DNA from: the human T2T-CHM13v2.0 reference genome, Homo sapiens
DNA: 64,000 nt
Assembly: GCF_009914755.1 (NCBI RefSeq)
Contig: NC_060929.1
Strand: one strand, 5' to 3'
Below the pieces are notes generated by a model that searched no databases, was not told the DNA's origin, and saw only the letters and a program-made list of their open reading frames with translations. Shown piece after piece: positions 1 to 15,571 of the stretch. The position numbers and the translations under genes were made by a program. How positions within the stretch are numbered: the first letter of the stretch is position 1; each line of letters opens with the position of its first letter.

Positions 1-94
1 CAACTGCATTCTAACAACGTGTTGACCAGCAATGCTTTTCAGTCAAGGCTGGCAAGGAAGAGGCATGGGGATTCTGGCTGAAATATTGAGATAT

Positions 95-190
95 TCAAAC
101 TCCTGGACTCAAGCAATCTTTCTGCCCCAGCCTCCCAAACAGCTGAGACTATAGGAACGTGCCACTGTGCCCAGCTACAAATTATTTTCT
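95..190 (-). mobile_element. Alu monomer fragment (FLAM/AluJ-like)
   Basis: tcaaactcctggactcaagcaatc...cagcctcccaaacagctgagactatagg...gccactgtgcccagcta is a diverged antisense Alu monomer. Confidence 0.8.
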
Positions 191-354
191 TAACACTTTT
201 TATGGTCATCTGGCTTAACAGATATCTCTTTAAAAAAGAAAGCAAAAAATAACAATAATACTGTAATATTGAGTACCTACTATGAAGTAGCACTAGAAAT
301 CTTTGTATATTCTACCATTTATCCTAAAAATTATGATCTACCCAAATATTACTG

Positions 355-558
355 ATGGAGTATTTCTAATTTGAAAATCCAAAATCTGAAATGATGCTCA
401 AAGGACATGCTCTTCAGAGCATTTTGGATTTCGGATTTTTTGGATTAGGGATGCTCAACCAATATACTGCAAATACAGTGTTCCAAAATCTGAAAAAAAT
501 CTACAATCTGAAACACTTCAGGTCCCAAGCATTTCAAGTAAGGGATATTCAACCTGTA
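355..558. mobile_element. Tigger4a/MER46-type TcMar DNA transposon
   Basis: gaaaatccaaaatctgaaatg...gcattttggatttcggatttt...agggatattcaacctg followed by TA; resembles the recalled MER46A/Tigger4a consensus. Confidence 0.8.
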
Positions 559-559
559 T

Positions 560-675
560 CTCCATTGGTCAGATGAGAAAACTCAGACTCAGGGAAGCTT
601 AATGATTTGCCCAGAGAATGACAGTCAGTAAAGAATTGAAATTAGTATTTAGTTCTTTCTGCTGTCAAAGCTAAT
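560..675 (-). mobile_element. MIR
   Basis: cagatgagaaaactcagactcagggaagcttaatgatttgcccag is the MIR core in antisense. Confidence 0.7.
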
Positions 676-1969
676 GTATTTACCTGTGTGTTATACTTTC
701 TAGGCCTTTTTTTGAGGGTTATGAATCATAAACTTTTTAATACAGGCAGTTAAACAGGCACTATGATGTAAATATATATTAAATAATTCTAGGTACTGTG
801 TTAAGTCTTCACCAAGTGCAGCCACCATGTTGAGTCCCAGAAGGGACAGAAATGAACACGTGCTCTTAGTAATGCCTGGGGTCTGTGTTAGATGTGCAAC
901 CAGTATTAATAAGTGCAGTGTTTCTGAAACCTTAGGCATGTTTGTAGCATCCTCGCAATCTTCACCATATCCACATGCCAACTTAACGTTACTTAATTCA
1001 TTTCTATGTAAATTAACTCATTTCTTTTCCTTAAAGTCCAGCTATTTTAGCCTCAGCGTAAGCACCATATCTGTTAAAAGTTGCGGTATGTCAGTAATAT
1101 TTTCTAGTACATGCTACAATAAGTATATCACTATGGGGAAAAATCCATTCATGTGCCATCAACACCACACTCTGGGAAATACTAGATTAATACCACATTA
1201 TCTCAGAGTGACGCAGCCCCCTCCTAGGCCCCATGAGATTTTCTTTCATAACTTTTATGATGTTGTTGCTCCCAGAACTGAAATATGTAGCTACCAGTGT
1301 TTCCCTAGCATTGGTACACTCTCCCTGGTAACATATCCTGCTCCAAAATTGATAGATATATTCATTTTCCATCATGCACCACCCTTCCTAAACATTTGAC
1401 TGACTGTGGATGTAATGCACAACAGTGGGTTTTGATACTAAATTTACGGTGAGTCAATGACTGATATGCAAATGAGATCAGCAATAGTAAGTACAGAGTC
1501 TTCTTAGCAAAATGAGTTGAAATAGGAGATTAGGGAGGAGTCATGATTTGAACCAAATGCTTCCACAGGACAGAATATAAGTGTTTTGAGGCAGGCTACA
1601 TCAACTTGTCTGAACAAAGTCAGTTAGAAAAGACCTTAAGCTGGATGTGATGTCTCAGCATTTTGCCCAAAGATTGTGAGAGAAGAGGGCAATTTAAATT
1701 GGTATTTTATATTTATCAATAAATATTTGCCTATTTTCTAAAAGATATCCTTAGGAGACATTCTGGGAAATGTGCAACTATTGAGTCAAAGATTATGAAA
1801 TTATTTTACACATTTAAATACATATGGTGAAGACTAAGATTTAAGTGACAATGGAAAAATAGTGTTGACTTCAAAACAATAAAGCTAACAAAAAATGAAA
1901 AACAAAATCAAATGTAAAGAAATGTGGACCGAAGAAAGATTCATACTTCCCTCAGCATTGAGTCTCAGA

Positions 1970-2146
1970 CATTAACTCTCAAAACTTGAAGATAACCCAT
2001 ATCACCTGAGGAGTTTGTAAACCACACAGCAATTAGGTTCTACCCATATAAATCTGAACTGGAAGCTCTGAGATGAGGACTAGGCATCTTCATTTTTAGG
2101 AGGCTCCCAGGTCATTCTGATGCACACCACATTCCAAAACACTGAC
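1970..2146. mobile_element. MER5A-like hAT-Charlie MITE
   Basis: tcacctgaggagtttgtaaa...catttttaggaggctcccaggtcattctgatgcacac...aaacactg. Confidence 0.7.
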
Positions 2147-3261
2147 TTAATTAACAGCTAGTCACGTAGAAGGAGAAACAGGTTGGAATTATAATTACCA
2201 ACACTTACATGTTAATTATGATTAGTTTAATAATCTACAGAATAAATAGTTCTGTAACCTTGTTATTTTTCATTCACAGTTTTAACTTCTGTTTATTCAA
2301 TTCTAATGTTAACTTTCTGCTCCCCCTACCACATTTCAATGTTCCTGAAATCGAGATGCTTTTTAAAATTGATGTATGTTTTTTTCCTGAAAAGACGGTA
2401 GTAAATCAATGTTGCAAAATGCAATGAATTATGTCTTAATCAAAGAAATTCGACAGTTATGAGAGACCTCAAAGATTCACAACATGAAGCCCTTTGTAAC
2501 ATTGTAGGTTCCTGGGTTCAATTTGTGAGGACTCTGAAGCCAGTATGCAGCTGAGTTTACCTCCTGGGTGTGAACGCAGGCCATTACACACCATGGCAAG
2601 TTGGCCTTACTCTTTAGAGATGCAGTGACTCTCCTAAAGTAAACAACCACCTCAACAGCACATTTTGTTTCCTTGTTAAAATCATCCTCTCAATGTATCC
2701 AGTTGTTAGTGCTGGTGATGGAAGTGAAAATGTTTAAGCATGATAGTTTAATCTAAAAGCAAGTATTTTGAATAAATCAAGGAATTGAACTGTGGTAATA
2801 AATTTTACTTGCTTTGTTCACGTTTACTAAATAAATGACATAAATAGATTTACGGAGCTGTCCAGTGTTTAAGTGATATTTTATAACTGTATTATGAAAA
2901 ATTAAATTACATTAGCAGAATTGAGACGATCTCAGTATCCAATGAGAATGTTATGGATTTGTATTATGAGACTCTTATACATACTTGCATGTATTTGTGT
3001 GTGTAAATCCAGACACACTTAGAAATATTTATGTGGACATCTATACTTACATTCATACATGCCAACTATTACATATAAAAATATTTCTATATATAATAAC
3101 AAAGATCTATAAAAACACCTATATAAATATGCACACGTATATATACTGATGTATACAGTATATGTTTTAAGATATTTAAAAAATGGAATTAAGTATTTTG
3201 TATATCGATGACTTACTGTGAAGTCAGTATAAAGAAAGAAAGAGGTAAAAATATCATTCTA

Positions 3262-3563
3262 GGCCGGGTGGGGTGGCTCACGCCTGTAATCCCAGCACTT
3301 TGGAAGGCCGAGGCGGGTGGATCATAAGGTCAGGAGTTCAAGACCAGCTTGGCCAAGATGGTGAAACCCCGTCTCTACTAAAAATACAAAAATTGAGACA
3401 GGAGTGGTGGCATGCATCTGTAATCCCAGCTACTCAGGAGGCTGAGGCAGAGAACTGCCTAAATCCGGGAGGCGGAGGTTAAAGTGAGCCAAGATCATGA
3501 CACTGGCACTCCAGCCTGGGCAACAGCGCAAGATTCCATCTCAAAAAAAACAAACAAAAAAAC
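3262..3563 (+). mobile_element. AluS (Sp/Sg-like)
   Basis: Dimeric Alu from ggccgggtg to an A-rich tail; decayed TSD aaaatatcattcta / aaacaatcgtccta. Confidence 0.95.
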
Positions 3564-4134
3564 AATCGTCCTAGTCTTTCTTCTTTTGTTCTCCTAATCG
3601 TAGTCTTTCTTTAAGGTGCCATTGTCCTCTGTATTTCATTTTATTTATCAATGTGCATGCCTCATGTCTCTATTAGGCTGGAAATTATACAAAGGCAATG
3701 ATGTTCTACTTGTCTTTGAAATTCTTCAATGCCTAATAGAGTGATCAGCCTGTAATAGGGGCTTAAAATCCGAAGGAGTATTGATGAATAAATGAGTCAG
3801 GAAATATGAACAACACTATGAGTTCTTTTATTAATTACCTTCTTGAACACAGGCAAACCATTAATTTACTTGGAATCCAGTTTACTCATCCTTACAATTA
3901 CAGGGTGGATTTAGTTATTCTTCAAGGTATCATACAGATTTTTTGTTTCACATATTAAAATTTTTTCATATTATAAATGCTTTATAACATTATTGTGATA
4001 TATGGATTCTGCTGAAACATACAATTTTATCACTGCTTCCATCAAATATATTAGCTATCAAAAAAAGAAAGTTAAAAAGACTAAAATCAGGAGGTATAAA
4101 TTTTATATACAGCAAAATGTCAGGGAGAAGAAAA

Positions 4135-4370
4135 AGATTTAAGGAGCACAGGCTTAAAATCAGTAGTCCTAGAATCTAGTCTGGGCTTTACGACTTACTA
4201 GCTGAGTGATCTTCACAAATAAGTCAATTAACTCCTTAGGCTCCATTTCCTGGTCTGTAAAATAAAGATTATAATACTTGCTTTATCTCCTTCTCAGGGT
4301 TGTTGTGAGGTCCATTAAGATAATATATGTGAAAGCAGTTTATATAGTGCTGCATAAAGGAATGTTGTAG
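4135..4370 (+). mobile_element. MIR
   Basis: gacttactagctgagtgatctt...ccatttcctggtctgtaaaata...cagggttgttgtgagg. Confidence 0.8.
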
Positions 4371-5342
4371 TTTTACCCCTCAATACCAATGTTTTAATGG
4401 CATTAAACTATGTATTGTTATGGCACAATGAATTCAAAATTCACCAAGGCTCTGCTAAAGAAAAACATAAAATGATAGATGTGATGGGAAACAGTTCTGA
4501 AATCTTAATTACATTATGCAAATGTGAGGCAATATTATTTTATATCTTGATGCAGATTTCTGAATCGGTTATAGGGATGCATTCCAAGTAGTAAAGTGTC
4601 TAGGTAACAAATGAATGTTTCTCAACAGACAGAGGAATAAAAATCTTTCTACTATTTCCTATTTAAACCAAAAGTCTTAGGCTTTTAAATCTTTCTAAAC
4701 ATTATTTACTATTGTTGAACAGGTAACATGTTAAGTGCAGTAGTCTGCAATAGTAGAGACATGAATAGATCTACTTTAAAAATTAACTTTTTAATTTTTA
4801 CTCTCATGAAAACTTTGAGAACAAGGACTTAATGGCAAAAGCAAATATGACCATTACTGCCAAGAAACAGATGCTTGTGTCTAGTATAAGGGGAAACATT
4901 CATCTAACCCAGAGCCTTAAAGTCATAATGAGGTTGTTGTGGCTTCTTAGAGTCATAATGAGGTAGTTGGCAAGTCCACGGGAGTGATGGTAAAATGCCT
5001 TACTCTATTAATTTACTCATTTATTAGTTCATTCAACAAGTATTTATTTTGCATTGGGTACTTTGCTTGGAAGTGAGACCTCAGTAGTGAATTACAGGGA
5101 TAGGTTTATTTTCTTGCCAGACCTTTCAATCAGGCAGAGAAAACAAATATTAAAGAAAAGGAAGGCAAAGGGGGCATATTGGTTAAGAGTATAGACAGCC
5201 TAAAGAGAGAGGCACTTATGGATTTGGGGGCAACCTAATTTTATTAAGCCTCAGTTTCCTCATCGATAAAAACAGAATAGTGTCATCACTGATCTCATGG
5301 GTCTTTGAGGAGATTAAATGAAGCAACGAGTGTAAATCATAG

Positions 5343-5629
<287 letters not shown>

Positions 5630-7199
5630 CATAGTAAATTTCCAAGAAATGTAGACTTCATGGTGTTGATAAAGATATCTTTATCAATTATACAACTTTA
5701 AACCAGTTAAATAGCCTTAATGCCATGTTAGAACATTCTACAAGGAATCTTGCTTTATTCATGTCTTAGAATCTGAATATTTATGCCATGTTGTACTTTG
5801 AACTTTGTTTTCAGATCCAAATATCCCACATTCTCACCTTGGCTTTGCCGCCTGTCTTCTGTTCTGGCCTGCCCTTCTTGTCTACAACCCACAATCACTC
5901 ACAGAAGTCATGTTTTCCAGCCACTCCAGGAAATAACTGCACAGGCCACCTGATCAAGGTTCACATGGGAGTTCGTCAGCCCAGGGAAAGGATTCAGCCA
6001 ATTTTCTTTTTTGTAACGAAGCAGTTTACCCTCTCTAAATCTCAGTTTCTGCATTCACTAAATGACAGGATTTAATGTGATAGTGCCTTTTTAAAATCCA
6101 TTGTTTTATAAATTCTTGTTTCTATTTTTGTAAAATTTATTTTGGTGTGAAAATGATGACATTTTACATACAGGACTCTTCTAAAATCATATGAAACCCA
6201 TTGAAAAAATAGGAGCAAATAGGCCAGGGAACAAATTTTAGAGCCCTTCCACTAACAATATTACGGAGGGCTGCATTCTCATCTCTTCGTGTGGCTTTCA
6301 CACATTATAAAATTGCTTTGCCAATATTGCTTAGTGGAGGTGGGGGAGGGGATATTTTAAAACTAGGAATTGGATGTTTCACTTGGTTGCTCCCTCATCC
6401 ATCTTAATTTTGACATCGTAACCACACAGCACCCAGCACCCACCCCTTCCACTCTGATGGAAAGAATAGCTATGCCTACGAATGCTTAAAAGCAAAAATG
6501 GAAGGGCATACATTTTACTGCAAACACAGACGTTTCTCTTCCTCTTTCTCAAGTAAAAGCCTAAGTAGTAACCTTTTAGAGAATGCTAAGAATTGAAATA
6601 AATTCTTTGTTGAGTTCATAAATCCAAGTAATTCTAGTAAGTCAGGGTTCCTTTAAGGAATATGGATAACGATTTAAAAATATGTTAAGGGAAGGGAGGG
6701 AAGCAAAAGTAAAAGGAACTGTTAAAACCAGCAACCTCCATAAATAAGCCACATCCTGAATATTAATAACGTATTGTGTAAAATTCATTAGATACATTTT
6801 ATGTTTCAGACATCTATAGCCAGCAATGATACAATGGAGCTAGACCAGATTTTTTTTTAACTTCAAGGATCACAGAATTAGTATACCTTAATTATATTAA
6901 TACAAAATTGCTTAACATTTGTTTAATTTCTTTGACAGTTTATGAACCAGGAAGACTTTTTTGTAAGTGTGAGCCTTTCACTAACATCAAGGTTCCATTT
7001 TTTTACGTGAGACATTTTTTAACAAAAAGTGACAATATTAGAAAAAACAATAAAAGCTAAACTTTATTGAACATTCACTATATACCAGGTACTATACTTG
7101 GGGCTTTAAATGGATCAGTTTACTTAAAACAGCATAATGAAACAGGTAATCCCCTTTTCAATGAGTAATAAAACTGTAGGAAATGATACAATTTTAAGT

Positions 7200-9450
7200 A
7201 CATATGAAATTCTACTTAATTAATGGCAGACTGGGTAATTCTGGACAATCGCCAACCAATAAAGACAATTTAAAAGGCTAGGAGAAAAACTGCAAATTTT
7301 AAAAAGCATTAAAGAACACATGAGATTATAAAGAATTACCAGGCTGAGATCTGAGGGTAAATAGGAGACCACAGCCAAGAACATAGAGCACTCAGGGACT
7401 TTTGCTCTGGTGATATTTGCTGATCCAGGAGAAATGGCTAAGAGGCTGAACGGAGGTTTTGGCAGACTAATGGGGGCTAGATGGAAATAGCTGGTGTCTA
7501 GGTAAGCTTGATTATTATTCTTGTTTTTGGGCTGGGACTTCAGAGTGCCACATTCTAACGGCAAAGGCAAAGCAAAAGTAAATGAGTACTCATGACGACT
7601 GCAGCCCGACTGTAAGTCATCTGGGTGACCTAGACAATCTGAAACCCTCTATTTAGATTAAAGTAATTCCAGATTGCTATTTTGCCTACAAGCCTGGAAA
7701 AAGCAAAAGACAACTGACTTGGGACACTCAAATAACTTCTACTAGCAATAATTGAAACACCATACTTCACACACAATAAAAGGTAACCAAACACATGAGG
7801 AGATGAGACAGCATGAGTAAGAACCAGCAGAACCAAAAGACAACAGAAACACACAAAGACTTCAAATACTGTAGCCATTACAAAGGTTCTGTAAAACAGC
7901 CATGCCTACTTCAGGGGATAAAAGTCATGCATGAAAAATTTGAAAGGCAACCTGAAAATATAAAAAGTGATATTATATAGGAAATTTGGGAAAGAACAAA
8001 ATAGAAGTTATAAAACAGAAAAATATAACAACAAAAATTAAGAAATCAATTGATGAGTTCATTGGAATTTAGGTGTAACAGAAGAATCAGGGAATGAAAA
8101 ACAGGTCGAAAGCATGGAGAGACCAAAAGACGGAAATGATGCAAGAAACAAAAGAAAGTAAAAGGCATAGAAAACACAGCATGGAAGTCTGTCATATATT
8201 CAATAGAGACTTAAAAGAATCCAAGAGACAGAATGGGGCTGAGGCAATGTTGGAAGAGCTAAAGGCTAAATTTTTTTTAGAATTGATGAAACATATCTAT
8301 CCGTGGAGTCAAGAATCCCAGTGAATACCAGCAAGAATCACAGACAACGAGGAAATCTTAAATGCTATCCAAGAAAAATAGATGACTGGCCTATAAAAAG
8401 ATAACAGTTACACTGAGAGCTGACTTCTCAACAGCAACACAAGAAGCAGGAGACAGTGGAATATTTTTCATAGGTTGAAAGAAGGTAACTACCCAAATTT
8501 GAATTCCATACCCACTGAAAATGTCCTTCAAGAATGAAGGTAAAACAAAGATGTTTTAGATGCACACTGAAGAAAAATCTAAAGGATGTTACTTATACAA
8601 AAGGGAAATGATACAGAAAAAAATGAGTGAGTAAAAGTGATATCTGGGCAAATGTAAAAGAACATGGATTATTAACAATATGAAAATATACATAATTATA
8701 ATCATAAAGTGATAGCATCTAATTCTGTAATTCAAGAACAGCAGATATGGTTTTAAGGGCTAGAAGAAACATAAATGTATGTATTACAATTATTCTTTGA
8801 TAAGAGAAGAATATGTTACAATTACTAGAATTAACACAAAGATTAGTCTATAACTTCTAAGTTAATAGAAGAAATTGAATGATTAAAAAATTTCCTGTCG
8901 ATTCAAAATAAATCAATAAAGGAACGAGGAAGAAATTAATGTAGAGCCATTTGGGCAGACAAAAAACATAATGAGGTAGTAGATTTAAATCTAAATATCA
9001 GTAATTGTATTAAATTTAGATAAATGAAATATACCAATTAAAAGATAGAAATTGGCATACCAGGAAAAAATAACCAAACAGAAATCCAAAATTCTATGTT
9101 CCCTAAAGAGTCTTTCTATTAATATACACATATAAAATAATTAAATATATATGTATTACATATTCATGTTACTATATTATATATAACATAAAAACAAAAT
9201 TTAAAGCAGCCTGTGACGGCTGTATTAATACTAGAAAAAAAAGATTTTACTAGAACAAATAGGATAATTCATAATGATAAAATTCCATTTCTCCTCGGAA
9301 GACATGCCAATTCTAAATTTGTATGTATATATTAATACAGCTTCAAAAAACTTAAAGGAAAAATTGACCAAATTTTAAAGGGAAATAGACAAGACCATAG
9401 TCGTAGTAGGAGTTTTTTCCTAAAACATTCATCTCTGAGTAAAACATATC
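7200..9450 (+). mobile_element. Old L1M-type LINE-1 remnant (5' region, ORF1, start of ORF2)
   Basis: ORF 8094-8324 contains NGAEAMLEELKAKFFLELMK...SQESQ, resembling L1 ORF1p; endonuclease-like remnant at ~8970-9420; A-rich sense strand; boundaries approximate. Confidence 0.75.
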
Positions 9451-9754
9451 CCTGCAAGATATAACATACATCATATCATCTCCAATGATATTGTTTTAAA
9501 ATTATATTTCTTTTTTTTTTTTTGGCCAATTTACTTTCTTTTTTTTTTAATTATACTTTAAGTTTTAGGGTACATGTGCACAATGTGCAGGTTAGTTACA
9601 TATGTATACATGTGCCATGCTGGTGCACTGCACCCACTAACTCGTCATCTAGCATTAGGTATATCTCCCAATGCTATCCCTCCCCCCTCCCCCCACCCCA
9701 CAACAGTCCCCAGAGTGTGATATTCCCCTTCCTGTGTCCATGTGATCTCATTGT

Positions 9755-13606
<3,852 letters not shown>

Positions 13607-13645
13607 TCATTAGTTGATGCAGTTTCTTCTGAGTCTTGATGGTCT

Positions 13646-14662
13646 TTACATTTTGGCATGATTTTGCAGCGGCTGGTACCGGTTGTTCCTTTCCATGTTT
13701 AGCGCTTCCTTCAGGAGCTCTTTTAGGGCAGGCCTGGTGGTGACAAACTCTCTCAGCATTTGCTTGTCTGTAAAGTATTTTATTTCTCCTTTGCTTATGA
13801 AGCTTAGTTTGGCTGGATATGAAATTCTGGGTTGAAAATTCTTGTCTTTAAGAATGTTGAATATTGGCCCCCACTCTCTTCTGGCTTGTAGGGTTTCTGC
13901 CGATAAATCTGCTGTTAGTCTGATGGGCTTCCCTTTGAGGGTAACCCGACCTTTCTCTCTGGCTGCCCTTAACATTTTTTCCTTCATTTCAACTTTGGTG
14001 AATCTGAAAATTATGTGTCTTGGAGTTGCTCTTCTCGAGGAGTATCTTTGTGGCGTTCTCTGTATTTCCTGAATCTGAACGTTGGCCTGCCTTGCTAGAT
14101 TGGGGAAGTTCTCCTGGATAATATCCTGCAGAGTGTTTTCCAACTTGGTTCCATTCTCCCCATCACTTTCAGGTACACCAATCAGACGTAGATTTGGTCT
14201 TTTCACATAGTCCCATATTTCTTGGAGGCTTTGCTCATTTCTTTTTATTCTTTTTTCTCTAAACTTCCCTTCTCACTTCATTTCATTCATTTCATCTTCC
14301 ATCGCTGATATCCTTTCTTCCAGTTGATGGCATTGGCTCCTGAGGCTTCTGCATTCTTCACGTAGTTCTCGAGCCTTGGTTTTCAGCTCCATCAGCTCCT
14401 TTAAGCACTTCTCTGTATTGGTTATTCTAGTTATACATTCTTCTAAATTTTTTTCAAAGTTTTCAACTTCTTTGCCTTTGGTTTGAATGTCCTCCCGTAG
14501 CTCAGAGTAATTTGATCATCTGAAGCCTTCTTCTCTCAGCTCGTCAAAGTCATTCTCCGTCCAGCTTTGTTCCATTGCTGGTGAGGAACTGCATTCCTTT
14601 GGAGGAGGAGAGGCGCTCTGCTTTTTAGAGTTTCCAGTTTTTCTGTTCTGTTTTTTCCCCAT
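13646..14662 (-). pseudogene. L1 ORF1: 339 codons, with CGA>TGA stops at 14516-14518 and 14273-14275
   Basis: ATG at 14662 (MGKKQ...); the C-terminal 186 aa appear in the ORF track; both stops result from CpG decay. Confidence 0.93.
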
Positions 14663-15571
14663 CCTTGTGGTTTTATCTACTTTTGGTCTTTGATGATGGT
14701 GATGTACAGATGGGTTTTTGGTGTGGATGTCCTTTCTGTTTGTTAGTTTTCCTTGTAACAGACAGGACCCTCAGCTGCAGGTCTGTTGGAGTACCCTGCC
14801 ATGTGAGGTGTCAGTGTGCCCCTGCTGGGGGGTGCCTCCCAGTTAGGCTGCTCGGGGGTCAGGAGTCAGGGACCCACTTGAGGAGGCAGTCTGCCCGTTC
14901 TCAGATCTCCAGCTGCGTGCTGGGAGAACCACTGCTCTCTTCAAAGCTGTCAGACAGGGACATTTAAGTCTGCAGAGGTTACTGCTGTCTTTTTGTTTGT
15001 CTGTGCCCTGCCCCCAGAGGTGGAGCCTACAGAGGCAGGCAAGCCTCCTTGAGCTGTGGTGGGCTCCGCCCAGTTGGAGCTTCGAGGCTGCTTTGTTTAC
15101 CTCAGCAAGCCTGGGCAATGGCGGGCGCCCCTCCCCCAGCCTCGCTGCCACCTTGCAGTTTGATCTCAGACTGCTGTGCTAGCAATCAGCGAGACTCCGT
15201 GGGCGTAGGACCCTCCGAGCCAGGTGCGGGGTATAATCTCGTGGTGCGCCGTTTTTTAAGCCCGTCGGAAAAGCGCAGTATTCGGGTGGGAGTGACCCGA
15301 TTTTCCAGGTGCCGTCAGTCACCCCTTTCTTTGACTCGGAAAGGGAACTCCCTGACCCCTTGCGCTTCCCAAGTGAGGCAATGCCTCTCCCTGCTTCGGC
15401 TCGCGCACGGTGCGCGCACCCACTGACCTGCGCCTGCTGTCTGGCACTCCCTAGTGAGATGAACCCGGTACCTCAGATGGAAATGCAGAAATCACCGTCT
15501 TCTGCGTCGCTCATGCTGGGAGCTGTAGACCGGAGCCGTTCCTATTCGGCCATCTTGGCTCCTCCAGGCCC
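14663..15571. promoter_or_regulatory. L1 5'UTR: sense promoter (minus strand) and antisense promoter (plus strand)
   Basis: CpG-rich at 15100-15550; intact YY1 motif (ggccatcttg, 15548-15557). Confidence 0.85.
15118..15426 (+). CDS. ORF0: L1 antisense ORF0, open 102-aa variant
   Basis: MAGAPPPASLPPCSLISDCCASNQRDSVGVGPSEPG... matches known ORF0; expression not shown. Confidence 0.6.
   Translation: MAGAPPPASLPPCSLISDCCASNQRDSVGVGPSEPGAGYNLVVRRFLSPSEKRSIRVGVTRFSRCRQSPLSLTRKGNSLTPCASQVRQCLSLLRLAHGARTH

Noticed and set aside
827-1399. 190-aa ORF
   Set aside because: No recognisable domain or splice context; composition is typical of a chance ORF in AT-rich DNA.
8972-8985. 14-nt match to the let-7f 5' end (TGAGGTAGTAGATT)
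   Set aside because: It lies at the ORF2 start of the old L1 remnant, the match stops after 14 nt, and there is no hairpin partner.
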